A stretch of DNA of 64,000 bases, taken from NCBI GenBank assembly GCA_038533895.1, contig JBCAXU010000006.1, forward strand, positions 8,874 through 72,873, written 5' to 3'. The stretch comes from Pseudomonadota bacterium (lineage in GTDB: Bacteria; Pseudomonadota; Gammaproteobacteria; Enterobacterales; Vibrionaceae). Each line of letters begins with the position of its first letter. The first letter of the stretch is position 1. The notes beneath the pieces were generated by a model. The model did not search any database. It worked only from the letters and a program-made list of their open reading frames with translations, and was not told the DNA's origin. Below, piece by piece: positions 17,733 through 27,067 of this stretch. Made by a program: the position numbers and the translations under genes.

Positions 17733-20312
17733 ATGTCGAAGACAACAACTCCGTCTCAAGATGTGCAAGAAATGGTCGCTCAATCCGATACAGGTGCGCG
17801 CGCCCCATCCGGGCTTGCTGGTCGCATCTTGTGGTTTGTGCCGCTATGTTGGTCACTGTTCCAACTTTGGTACGCGTCTCCTTTGCCGTTCATTTTCAAC
17901 TTTGGCGTACTTAACGATACCGAAGCACGTTCTATTCATTTAATGTTCGCCGTGTTCTTGGCCTTCACTGCCTACCCGGCAATGAAGAACTCGCCTCGCG
18001 ATCATATTCCGGCCATTGACTGGCTGCTGTCGCTGGCAGGCAGTTTCTCTGCCGCTTATATCTATATTTTCTATACTGAACTTGCTGGCCGCTCTGGCGC
18101 TCCGACGTCATTTGATATCGTGATCGCGGTGACCGGCATGGTGCTATTGCTTGAAGCAACACGCCGCGCCCTTGGCCCTCCACTGATGGTCGTGGCAGCG
18201 GTCTTCATGCTATATACGTTTGGTGGTCCTTACATGCCAGATGTCATCGCCCATAAAGGTGCCAGTCTAAACAAAGCAATGTCGCACTTGTGGCTCACCA
18301 CCGAAGGGGTGTTTGGTGTGGCACTGGGGGTATCGACTTCCTTTGTATTCTTGTTTGTTCTTTTTGGTGCCATGCTAGAACGGGCGGGCGCTGGCGCTTA
18401 CTTTATTAAGGTCGCCTTTTCCCTGCTCGGTCACATGCGTGGTGGCCCTGCGAAAGCGGCAGTTGTGGCATCAGGTCTATCAGGCTTAGTGTCCGGCTCG
18501 TCGATTGCCAACGTCGTGACAACCGGTACCTTTACCATTCCGCTCATGAAACGAGTAGGATTCCCGGGAACCAAAGCAGGCGCTGTAGAAGTTGCTGCTT
18601 CAACCAACGGTCAGCTGACACCACCTATCATGGGTGCAGCGGCATTCTTAATGGTGGAGTATGTGGGTATTTCGTATGTTGAAGTTATTAAAGCTGCAAT
18701 TCTTCCGGCTCTGATCTCATATATTGCTCTAATCTACATTGTCCATCTTGAAGCGTGTAAGGCGGGTATGACAGGTCTGCCTCGTCGTCATACTCCTAAA
18801 TTAATCCATAGCCTGCTCTCTTTCACAGGGACGATTTTAGGCCTTTGTATTATCAGTGCTGCGGTCTACTACGGCGTAGGCTGGACTAAAGATGTATTTG
18901 ACGAAGCTGCAACCCCAATCGTGACTATTGCCCTACTCATCAGTTATGTGGCCTTGGTGAAGATTTCAGCTCAATACGCTAAAGAAGGCGCTATCGAGAT
19001 TGATGCTGAGCTGACAGAAGTTCCGGATCCGGGTCCAACCATTAAGTCAGGTCTGCACTACCTACTGCCTATCGTAGTGTTAGTTTGGTGTCTGACCGTT
19101 GAGCGCTTCTCCCCAGGTCTTTCTGCGTTCTGGGCAACCGTGTTCATGATCTTTATTTTGATCACTCAACGTCCGCTTATCGCGATCCTGTCTAAGCAAG
19201 GTTCTATTGCAGAACAGACTAAAGATGGCTTCGTTGATCTGGCTGAGAGTTTGGTTTCTGGTGCGCGTAACATGATTGGTATCGGTGTCGCCACGGCTGC
19301 AGCAGGTACGGTTGTTGGCGTAGTAACGCTAACAGGGATCGGCCTAGTGATGACCGACTTCGTCGAGTTTATCTCGGGTGGTAATATCATTCTGATGTTG
19401 CTGTTTACCGCAGTGATCAGTCTGATCTTAGGGATGGGATTGCCAACCACAGCAAACTACATCGTGGTTTCCACTCTGATGGCTCCGGTTATCGTAACGC
19501 TTGGCGCGCAAAGTGGTTTGATCATTCCGTTGATCGCGGTACACCTGTTTGTGTTCTACTTCGGTATTCTTGCCGATGACACACCACCCGTTGGCCTCGC
19601 AGCGTTTGCAGCCGCAGCCATTGCTAAATCCGACCCAATCCGCACCGGTATTCAAGGCTTTACCTACGATATCCGAACCGCCATTCTGCCTTTCATGTTT
19701 ATCTTCAATACTCAATTATTATTGATGGGAATTGATACATGGTGGCATTTAATGCTCACGATCATATCTTCGGTTATCGCTATGCTGATATTCTCTGCGG
19801 CAACGCAAGGTTGGTGGTTCACTAAGAATAAGTGGTGGGAAACGATACTGCTACTTGCTCTGACCTTTACCTTCTTCCGCCCTGGCTTTTGGTGGGATCA
19901 AATCTACCCAGCAAAAGTACTTTATCCTGGTACTGAAATTACGCAGGTTGCCGAGACTCTGAATGTCGGCGAAAGTATTGAACTGATCGTTGCGGGTGAA
20001 AACCTTGAAGGTGATTTCATTTCGAAGACGGTTCGCCTTCCATTTGAAGACAGTGCAGCGACCGCAGATGATCGTATCGCTTCAATGGGTCTAATGCTTA
20101 ATGAAATTGAAGACCGTATGGTTGTTGATATGGTTGAATTTGGTAGTCCTGCGGAAGCGGCTGGTGTCGACTTCGACTGGGAAATCATTTCAGTCGTCGT
20201 TAAAGCAGATCGTCCAATGAAAGAGTGGGTATTTCTTCCTGCGCTATTGCTACTGATTGGTCTAGGACTCAATCAGAAGCGTCGGGCTCGCAAAGAACAA
20301 CTGAGCGCCTAA
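17733..20312 (+). CDS. TRAP transporter fused permease (TAXI-associated, 859 aa)
   Basis: Very hydrophobic polytopic protein directly downstream of the TAXI receptor. It has a C-terminal soluble extension followed by a final TM segment. Confidence 0.88.
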   Translation: MSKTTTPSQDVQEMVAQSDTGARAPSGLAGRILWFVPLCWSLFQLWYASPLPFIFNFGVLNDTEARSIHLMFAVFLAFTAYPAMKNSPRDHIPAIDWLLSLAGSFSAAYIYIFYTELAGRSGAPTSFDIVIAVTGMVLLLEATRRALGPPLMVVAAVFMLYTFGGPYMPDVIAHKGASLNKAMSHLWLTTEGVFGVALGVSTSFVFLFVLFGAMLERAGAGAYFIKVAFSLLGHMRGGPAKAAVVASGLSGLVSGSSIANVVTTGTFTIPLMKRVGFPGTKAGAVEVAASTNGQLTPPIMGAAAFLMVEYVGISYVEVIKAAILPALISYIALIYIVHLEACKAGMTGLPRRHTPKLIHSLLSFTGTILGLCIISAAVYYGVGWTKDVFDEAATPIVTIALLISYVALVKISAQYAKEGAIEIDAELTEVPDPGPTIKSGLHYLLPIVVLVWCLTVERFSPGLSAFWATVFMIFILITQRPLIAILSKQGSIAEQTKDGFVDLAESLVSGARNMIGIGVATAAAGTVVGVVTLTGIGLVMTDFVEFISGGNIILMLLFTAVISLILGMGLPTTANYIVVSTLMAPVIVTLGAQSGLIIPLIAVHLFVFYFGILADDTPPVGLAAFAAAAIAKSDPIRTGIQGFTYDIRTAILPFMFIFNTQLLLMGIDTWWHLMLTIISSVIAMLIFSAATQGWWFTKNKWWETILLLALTFTFFRPGFWWDQIYPAKVLYPGTEITQVAETLNVGESIELIVAGENLEGDFISKTVRLPFEDSAATADDRIASMGLMLNEIEDRMVVDMVEFGSPAEAAGVDFDWEIISVVVKADRPMKEWVFLPALLLLIGLGLNQKRRARKEQLSA

Positions 20313-20412
20313 TGAGTCTGCCCTGCATACAATGCAGGGCTACACTTACTCTATGAATACAATCCACTCCGTTTACCCTTATAAGCGGTGACGGGCGAAG
20401 AGAGATATCACA

Positions 20413-20850
20413 ATGTATAAACAGATTCTGGTTCCAGTCGATTTAAACGACAAAGGTTTTTCAGATAAAGCCGTTGAGCTTGCGGTATGGCACGCTAAGC
20501 ACTCCAATGCCCAAGTTCACCTGCTCAATGTGCTGCCAGGTATTCATATGTCGATGGTTGCCACCTACTTCCCCAAAGATGCTGCCATGAAGATGAAAAA
20601 CGATGTTGAAGGGCAGTTGAAGGCGTTTGCCGCTCAGCACATTTCCGAAGATGTCGTTTACAAAGTTCATGTTGCCGAGGGTAAACCGTACTCAACGATT
20701 CTTAACTATGCAGAAAAACTGGGGGCAAATCTTATCGTGATGCCAAGCCACAAACGCTCAAAAATTGACAAAGTGGTGCTCGGTTCTGTGGCCAGTAAAG
20801 TTGTGAATAATTCACCAATCAACGTCCTGGTGGTAAAACCACAAGGCTAA
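20413..20850 (+). CDS. Universal stress protein (UspA family)
   Basis: 145 aa with the N-terminal ILVPVD and C-terminal GSVASKVVNNSPINVLVV motifs typical of USP domains. Confidence 0.85.
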   Translation: MYKQILVPVDLNDKGFSDKAVELAVWHAKHSNAQVHLLNVLPGIHMSMVATYFPKDAAMKMKNDVEGQLKAFAAQHISEDVVYKVHVAEGKPYSTILNYAEKLGANLIVMPSHKRSKIDKVVLGSVASKVVNNSPINVLVVKPQG

Positions 20851-20883
20851 TGGCTAATGCCCATCAATCACTATGATTTTATC

Positions 20884-20908
20884 AGGCGCTCATCGAGCGC
20901 CTTTTTAA
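20884..20908 (+). terminator. Intrinsic terminator after the usp gene
   Basis: aggcgctc atc gagcgcct followed by ttttaat. Confidence 0.65.
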
Positions 20909-21003
20909 TAGCTGCAGCCTATCAATGAAATCGACATAAGCGAATTTCATTAATGCGAATAGTTATCAATAATAGCCTTGTCCAAACATACTAATGGGCT
21001 TTG

Positions 21004-21390
21004 ATGATGAAAAAAACCGTGACTTTCGCTGCACTGCACTTCACTGTCGCTTTGACCGTGGCGTACTGGCTCACCGGCGATTTTTTGCTCGGGAGCTTCA
21101 TTGCCATGGTGGAACCTTCCGTCAATACCATCGCTTTCTATTTCCATGAGCGAGCCTGGACCCAAAGCCGCGCACTTCGAACATTGAGTCGTTCAACTAA
21201 GGTCAAAACCACCAGCTTTGCCGTTGTCCATTTCAGCGTCGCTTTTACCGTGGTGTACTTAATGACTGGCGATGCCTTTGTAGGAGGGATAATGGCTGCG
21301 ATTGAACCAACGATTAATACTTGTGTGTACTACTTCCATGAAAAAATCTGGCAACGCCAACACACGACCCAACCTAGTTGGGCCTGTTAG
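21004..21390 (+). CDS. Small membrane protein with an internal duplication (DUF2061-like)
   Basis: Two homologous halves: FAALHFTVALTVAYWLTGD...EPSVNTIAFYFHERAW and FAVVHFSVAFTVVYLMTGD...EPTINTCVYYFHEKIW. The ATG is at 21004 or 21007; the ORF track starts at a TTG at 21001. Confidence 0.7.
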   Translation: MMKKTVTFAALHFTVALTVAYWLTGDFLLGSFIAMVEPSVNTIAFYFHERAWTQSRALRTLSRSTKVKTTSFAVVHFSVAFTVVYLMTGDAFVGGIMAAIEPTINTCVYYFHEKIWQRQHTTQPSWAC

Positions 21391-21395
21391 AGAGC

Positions 21396-22196
21396 TTACA
21401 ATGCGTAGTGACTGACACACTGCTGTTCGCTTAAGCCAATATGGAAACGTTGGGTTTGCCCATCAAGCGCCACTTCCAGCAGATACAGATCGTCTGCTTT
21501 AGGGTTGGCACTATCAGCATAGATAGGCGCTTCAATTTGAAACAGGGCACTGACGTGGTTATCGCGAACATCGATGGGGAGGTGATAAGTCATGCCATTA
21601 AATTTGACCGCTGCCGAGACCAACCCAGCCGCATAAGTGGTGTAGTGCAAATCAACCATAAACTCACAGCCACCGCCATGATGCCAAATTTGCTCCGTCG
21701 CAACATGATCGAGGCGCACGTGGCGGATAAACTGTAGATACGGTACTTGCCACACCCCGATGCGTGAGTCACTCGGGTTATGCGAACTCTGCTCCAACGG
21801 GCACAACGCGAGCTCTTGATCATCGAGTAGACTGTCTTGATCTTGCTCCAAAAACAGGATCTCAAACCGATTCCGACCACGCTGTAAATAAGGGCGAATA
21901 TCTTTTTTATACACCGACTGAGATTGATCACAATCGAATACGGCCACCCCATTAATCCGGACTTCAGCATAATAATCGACACCAGCCATAACCAGCTCAA
22001 CTGCAGGAAAAGCCAGCATCGACTCATCGACCTCAATGTCGTGCATAAGGTGCCATTCTTGCTGTGCAATGTCTGATTCTGAGAGCGTATCGGGCAATAT
22101 CAGGCTCAACGGCGCAGGAAAGGTAATGTCATCTTGGGGAATCGATAAGTCCGTCAATGGAGAGAGTTGCCATAAGCCTGCCAGAGGGAGTTGCAT
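21396..22196 (-). CDS. Hypothetical protein resembling only the N-terminal sugar-binding domain of GH2 glycosidases
   Basis: 266 aa. The segment GLWQL...QQEWHLMHDIEVDE...VELVMAGVDYYAEVRINGVAVF...KKDIRPYLQRGRNRFEILF follows the pattern of beta-mannosidase/GH2 N-terminal domains. No TIM-barrel catalytic region follows. Confidence 0.55.
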   Translation of the reverse strand: MQLPLAGLWQLSPLTDLSIPQDDITFPAPLSLILPDTLSESDIAQQEWHLMHDIEVDESMLAFPAVELVMAGVDYYAEVRINGVAVFDCDQSQSVYKKDIRPYLQRGRNRFEILFLEQDQDSLLDDQELALCPLEQSSHNPSDSRIGVWQVPYLQFIRHVRLDHVATEQIWHHGGGCEFMVDLHYTTYAAGLVSAAVKFNGMTYHLPIDVRDNHVSALFQIEAPIYADSANPKADDLYLLEVALDGQTQRFHIGLSEQQCVSHYAL

Positions 22197-22319
22197 AGTT
22201 TCAAACTTGTCCTAGATCAAAGTTGGACGATTATAAAGCGAGAAACAGTGCAAAAGCGAGGCGCAGATACAAAAATACCAGCCACTTGGCTGGTATTAGA
22301 GGCAGATCGTGGGAGAAGA

Positions 22320-22733
22320 TTACTCCTCGTCATCCTCTTCCTCTGGGTAGAGTGCATCTTCGCCTTCGTAGTAAGTGCCCCAACCGTCGTAAATAATGTC
22401 ATATTTTTCAGCCAGGTGGACGAGTTTCTCTACTTGAGCATCAATGGCTTCCGGATTCAGTGCAGATTCCATAGTGGCATCGCAGCAAAGCAGCTTATTG
22501 CCGTCTTCGTCTTCCGTTTCCTCGGCTTCGAGCACTTCAAAACCCATTTTAAACGCTTCAACCACTGCTTTTTCTAGAGTGTTAAAGTCTTCGGCAAACA
22601 GGTGATGTTCAATTTCGTATAAAGCGTCCGGATCACTGCCATCTTCCAATAAAGCTTGAATGATATCGCGAGTATCTTCTTTTTGAATTTCAATTAACTC
22701 TTCAACCGATAGATATTCATCTTGTTGAGACAT
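22320..22733 (-). CDS. rraB: Regulator of ribonuclease activity B (RraB/YjgD)
   Basis: Acidic 137-aa protein. The stretch [21 protein letters not shown]...LLCCD...IDAQVEKL...YDGWGTYYE aligns closely with E. coli RraB. The start is set at the internal ATG (22733), which has ggag 8 nt upstream. Confidence 0.85.
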   Translation of the reverse strand: MSQQDEYLSVEELIEIQKEDTRDIIQALLEDGSDPDALYEIEHHLFAEDFNTLEKAVVEAFKMGFEVLEAEETEDEDGNKLLCCDATMESALNPEAIDAQVEKLVHLAEKYDIIYDGWGTYYEGEDALYPEEEDDEE

Positions 22734-23053
22734 ATGCCGTGCTCCAGATAATGACAAAAATGATCGTAACTTACAGCGGTGAAATATCGCATGGATCCAA
22801 CGAAATTACTACCTGAAATAGGATCTCACGCCAATCTTTATCCTCTCAAGCTCAGTGCCTTTAGCAGGATCGAGTTCACAACAATCAAAATTAACAATTT
22901 TTTATCAAAACAGGAATTCAGAACATTCTCTCTATCTCGCGATAGCATACAACGTCTCGCGTTTATGCGTTTTTATCTGCTTCGCGTGCATAACCGAATT
23001 TCGAATCTAATTGAATAAAACATGCACTATTTCGCCGATGGCTGGCTTAATCT

Positions 23054-23065
23054 GCATAGCTATGC
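23054..23065 (+). promoter_or_regulatory. Perfect palindrome GCATAGCTATGC upstream of arcA (ARG-box-like)
   Basis: Identical to the 12-mer upstream of argR, and the match extends to tGCATAGCTATGC in both. It lies about 235 nt upstream of the arcA ATG in a 540-bp AT-rich intergenic region. Confidence 0.35.
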
Positions 23066-23298
23066 TGGTTTAAAGTCACAATGTGCACTCTCTGATATTG
23101 TGGCAAACGAATAGCAACGCATATCCCACCCATTCTAGCAAAAGGTAAATATAGCAAATAACTCGACAAATAATAAAAACAACAAAACTAAACACCGCAA
23201 AAACAAATAAATGCAAATCATAGAACTACAAAGTAGGGTTGCATCTTTATAACAATCTTGTCATAAATACGCTCAGGAAAAACAAGTAAGGACACAAA

Positions 23299-24519
23299 AT
23301 GAGTAAGTTGTATGTAGGCTCAGAAGTTGGTCAGTTAAGACGTGTACTATTAAACCGCCCTGAGCGCGCCCTCACCCACCTAACCCCATCTAACTGCCAC
23401 GATCTTCTGTTTGATGACGTGTTAGCGGTTGAAGCTGCTGGAGAGGAGCACGACAAATTTGCACAAACCTTAACCGATCAAGGCGTCGAAGTTCTTCTTC
23501 TTCACGACTTACTGGTTGAAACCTTAGCAGTCGCTGAAGCAAAAGCATGGCTGCTTGACACTCAAATCTCCGATTTCCGTTTTGGTCCAACCTTCGCTAA
23601 AGACTTACGTCATTACTTGTTCGAGATGGACAATGAGCACTTGGCAACCGTGTTGCTCGGTGGTTTGGCCTACTCCGAATTGCCGATTCAATCAGCATCG
23701 ATGCTGCCTCACATGCATCGACCACTCGACTTTGTTATCGAGCCTTTACCTAACCATCTCTTTACCCGCGATACCTCTTGCTGGGTGTATGGTGGTGTAT
23801 CACTCAACCCAATGATGAAGCCAGCACGCCAAAGAGAAACGAACCATTTGCGTGCTATCTATCGTTGGCATCCGGTATTTGCAGGCCAAGACTTTATCAA
23901 GTACTTCGGCGATGAAGATCTTCATTATGATAATGCCAATATCGAAGGTGGCGATGTTCTGGTCATAGGTAAAGGGGCAGTATTGATAGGTATGTCCGAA
24001 CGTACCACGGCGCAAGGGGTTGAGAACCTGGCTGCAAAACTGTTTAAGCATGGGCAAGCAAAACAAGTGATCGCGATTGAGCTACCAAAACACCGCTCAT
24101 GTATGCACTTAGATACGGTGATGACCCATATGGATGTAGATACCTTCTCTGTGTATCCAGAAATTATGCGCAAAGATCTTAATACTTGGCGACTCACTCC
24201 GAAACAAGACGGTGAGATGAAAGTAGAAAAAGTGCCTAGCTTCATTCATTCCATTGAGCAAGCGCTTGAACTGGATTACCTAAAGATCATCACCACAGGC
24301 GGCGATAGCTACGAGGCAGAGCGCGAACAGTGGAACGATGCCAATAACGTGCTCACAGTGAAACCTGGCGTCGTGATTGGTTACGAGCGTAATGTTTACA
24401 CCAATGAGAAGTACGACAAGGCAGGCATTGAAGTATTGACCATTCCAGGTAACGAACTGGGTCGTGGTCGTGGTGGTGCTCGCTGTATGAGCTGTCCAAT
24501 CGAACGTGATGGGATCTAG
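23299..24519 (+). CDS. arcA: Arginine deiminase
   Basis: 406 aa with an N-terminal [11 protein letters not shown] motif and the C-terminal catalytic-Cys context [13 protein letters not shown]. Confidence 0.93.
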   Translation: MSKLYVGSEVGQLRRVLLNRPERALTHLTPSNCHDLLFDDVLAVEAAGEEHDKFAQTLTDQGVEVLLLHDLLVETLAVAEAKAWLLDTQISDFRFGPTFAKDLRHYLFEMDNEHLATVLLGGLAYSELPIQSASMLPHMHRPLDFVIEPLPNHLFTRDTSCWVYGGVSLNPMMKPARQRETNHLRAIYRWHPVFAGQDFIKYFGDEDLHYDNANIEGGDVLVIGKGAVLIGMSERTTAQGVENLAAKLFKHGQAKQVIAIELPKHRSCMHLDTVMTHMDVDTFSVYPEIMRKDLNTWRLTPKQDGEMKVEKVPSFIHSIEQALELDYLKIITTGGDSYEAEREQWNDANNVLTVKPGVVIGYERNVYTNEKYDKAGIEVLTIPGNELGRGRGGARCMSCPIERDGI

Positions 24520-24567
24520 TTTCGAGTTTCGAGTTTCGAGTTTCGAGTTTCGAGTTTCGAGTTTCGA
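24519..24567. repeat. Heptanucleotide tandem repeat (GTTTCGA)x7
   Basis: Seven perfect head-to-tail copies. The first G is the last base of the arcA TAG stop codon. Confidence 0.98.
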
Positions 24568-24579
24568 GAAGTGCAATTT

Positions 24580-24614
24580 AAAGGATTGGCCCAGTGTGCC
24601 AATCCTTTTCTTTT
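24580..24614 (+). terminator. Intrinsic terminator after arcA (possibly bidirectional with tldD)
   Basis: aaaggattggc ccagtgt gccaatccttt followed by tcttttaaa. Confidence 0.75.
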
Positions 24615-24778
24615 AAATTCAGATAATTAAACTTAAATATTAGCCAGTGCTACCAACAACTTTCGACTCGCTCATCACAAACTCCTCTCGAAGGACGAAG
24701 TCGGCTCTCGATTCTCGGAGCAAAGCGTACTAGATGCTAGAAGGGCGAAGCCCGCACTCCAAGCAAAGCGTTGTGTTG

Positions 24779-26224
24779 TTACTCAGTGCCACCGACTGTG
24801 ATGGAATCGAGTTTCAGGGTTGGTTGACCTACGCCAACTGGCACACTTTGTCCTGCTTTTCCGCACACACCGACACCTCGGTCGATGCTTAAGTCATTAC
24901 CGACCATAGAGACTTGCTGCATCGCTTCAATACCCGAACCGATCAAGGTTGCGCCTTTAACTGGGCGGGTGATCTTACCATCTTCAATCAGGTACGCTTC
25001 AGAGGCAGAAAACACGAATTTACCCGAAGTGATATCCACTTGCCCGCCACCGAAGTTCGGTGCGTATAGGCCTTTTTTGACGGTGGAAATGATCTCTTCT
25101 GGCGTATGCTGGCCTGGCAACATATAGGTATTGGTCATACGTGGCATCGGCAAATGGGCATAGGATTCACGTCGGCCATTGCCCGTCGGTTGCCCCCCCA
25201 TAAGACGAGCATTAAGCTTGTCTTGCATGTACCCTTTCAACACACCATTTTCAATCAAGGTGTTGTATTGACCATTCACACCTTCATCGTCAACGTTCAA
25301 CGAGCCACGTAAGTCTTTGAGGGTGCCATCGTCAACAATTGTACACAGGTCAGAGGTGACCTTTTGCCCCACTTTGCCACTAAATACTGAAGACTCCTTA
25401 CGATTGAAGTCCCCTTCTAGGCCATGGCCTACCGCTTCGTGCAGCAATACGCCCGGCCACCCTGAGCCAAGTACGACAGGCATCATCCCCGCCGGAGCAG
25501 CATCGGCTTCAAGATTGACCAAAGCCATTCGAATCGCTTCATCGGCGAAGTGGTAGGCAACTTTGTTGCCATCATTTTCACTGAGGAAGAAGTCATAGTC
25601 AAAGCGACCACCACCACCTGCGCTACCACGCTCACGGCGATCGCCTCTTTGCGCGAGCACGCTGATCGATAAACGAACTAGCGGACGAATATCACCTGCA
25701 TAAGTACCGTCAGTCGCGGCAACTAACATCTGCTCGTGTACACCACTCAAGCTAATTGACACTTCTTTGATCAACGGCTCTTTGGTACGAATATACGCAT
25801 CTAATTCTTTGAGCAGCTTTGTCTTTCGTTCTTTCTCCCAGCTTTCTAGTGGGTTGACTGCTGCGTAGTAGCGCTGATTTTCATTGCGCTTGAACGCTTG
25901 AACGCAACCACTCTGACCTTGCTGGGCAATACCACGCGCTGCGTGTGCACTCTGTTTGAGGCCTGCAAGTTGAATCTGATCTGAGTAGGCAAAACCGGTT
26001 TTCTCACCCGTCACAGCGCGAACCCCGACACCGCAATCAATATTGAACGACCCATCTTTGATGATGCTGTCTTCCAGCACTAGAGACTCGTGCCAACTAG
26101 ATTGAAAATAGATGTCAGCGTAGTCAATCTGACGAGTGGCAATGCTGGCTAGGGTATCAGCGATCTCTTGTTCGCCCAGGCCCGCTGGTTTTAACAAAGC
26201 ATCTTCTACTTGGTGGATAGTCAT
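24779..26224 (-). CDS. tldD: Metalloprotease TldD
   Basis: 481 aa with the HExxxH zinc motif ([13 protein letters not shown]), in the conserved yhdP...tldD neighbourhood. Confidence 0.93.
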   Translation of the reverse strand: MTIHQVEDALLKPAGLGEQEIADTLASIATRQIDYADIYFQSSWHESLVLEDSIIKDGSFNIDCGVGVRAVTGEKTGFAYSDQIQLAGLKQSAHAARGIAQQGQSGCVQAFKRNENQRYYAAVNPLESWEKERKTKLLKELDAYIRTKEPLIKEVSISLSGVHEQMLVAATDGTYAGDIRPLVRLSISVLAQRGDRRERGSAGGGGRFDYDFFLSENDGNKVAYHFADEAIRMALVNLEADAAPAGMMPVVLGSGWPGVLLHEAVGHGLEGDFNRKESSVFSGKVGQKVTSDLCTIVDDGTLKDLRGSLNVDDEGVNGQYNTLIENGVLKGYMQDKLNARLMGGQPTGNGRRESYAHLPMPRMTNTYMLPGQHTPEEIISTVKKGLYAPNFGGGQVDITSGKFVFSASEAYLIEDGKITRPVKGATLIGSGIEAMQQVSMVGNDLSIDRGVGVCGKAGQSVPVGVGQPTLKLDSITVGGTE

Positions 26225-26234
26225 ATATGTGCTC

Positions 26235-27065
26235 TTAATTGTGTTGTAACTGGTGACGGAAACGAGCGTGCTGCTGAACGGGCATCGCCACTCTCAAATC
26301 TTGTACTTGATTCAGTTCAATATCGACCAATAAATTACCCGCTTCATCGGTCAATGATGCAACCACTTCGCCCCACGGAGAAACGACCATTGAGTGACCC
26401 CATGTCTCTCGGCCACATGGATGCGTTCCAACTTGATTGACCGCGATAATCCAACTCTGAGTTTCAATCGCTCTGGCGCAAAGCAAGGTTTGCCAATGGG
26501 CTCGGCCTGTCACTGCAGTGAAGGCCGCTGGGACTAAAATGACGTTCACCCCTCGTTGCGCCAACTCACTATACAGTGTAGGAAAACGGACATCATAACA
26601 GATCGTAAAACCGAGGTGAGCGTAAGGGGTACAATAACTGACCACTTGGTTACCTGGAGTGAAAGTTTCTGACTCTCGGTAGCGCTGGTGGCTATCGGCC
26701 ACATCCACATCAAACATATGCAGTTTGTCATAGTGGCATACTAGCTCACCTTGAGGTGAATAGAGCAAACTGGTGGTGGTCACTTCCTGTTCCCGACGTA
26801 TCGGCATGCTGCCGACCACTAGCCAAAGCTGATGCTCTCTCGCCATCTCAGACAAAGCGCGCTGCAGCGGACCATCATTCAGTGTCTCGGCCACACTATG
26901 GTAGTCTTGACGCCCACCAAACACCAACGCGTTTTCCGGTGTCACCACCAACTTCACCTGCTGCGCAGCTAACGCAGCCACTTGTTGACTTATATAGGCC
27001 AAGTTTTGCTGTGGTTCTGGCCCTGACGTCATTTGTATCAAACCGACTCTTTCCATGTCTGACAT
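26235..27065 (-). CDS. Carbon-nitrogen hydrolase (Nit / omega-amidase-like)
   Basis: 276 aa with the Glu-Lys-Cys triad contexts [16 protein letters not shown] and [11 protein letters not shown]. Confidence 0.85.
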   Translation of the reverse strand: MSDMERVGLIQMTSGPEPQQNLAYISQQVAALAAQQVKLVVTPENALVFGGRQDYHSVAETLNDGPLQRALSEMAREHQLWLVVGSMPIRREQEVTTTSLLYSPQGELVCHYDKLHMFDVDVADSHQRYRESETFTPGNQVVSYCTPYAHLGFTICYDVRFPTLYSELAQRGVNVILVPAAFTAVTGRAHWQTLLCARAIETQSWIIAVNQVGTHPCGRETWGHSMVVSPWGEVVASLTDEAGNLLVDIELNQVQDLRVAMPVQQHARFRHQLQHN

Positions 27066-27067
27066 CC

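Noticed and set aside
21590-22069. 159-aa ORF nested out of frame within the 21396-22196 gene on the same strand.
   Set aside because: The longer frame gives the recognisable GH2-N-like pattern, whereas the nested frame is Cys/Trp/Ser-rich nonsense.
22758-23298. FNR/CRP-type sites or a hidden small gene in the long AT-rich arcA upstream region (ORF 22779-23018).
   Set aside because: I found no clear TTGAT-N4-ATCAA or TGTGA-N6-TCACA match by eye, and the 79-aa ORF lacks an RBS and has a non-protein-like composition. Only the GCATAGCTATGC palindrome is reported.
24519-24567. The tandem repeat as a possible CRISPR array.
   Set aside because: The 7-bp units are contiguous with no spacers, and there are no cas genes. 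It is a microsatellite/VNTR.
24280-24576. 98-aa minus-strand ORF with KLETRNS repeats.
   Set aside because: Its repeats are just the translation of the heptamer VNTR, and the rest lies antisense to the conserved arcA C-terminus. There is no RBS.
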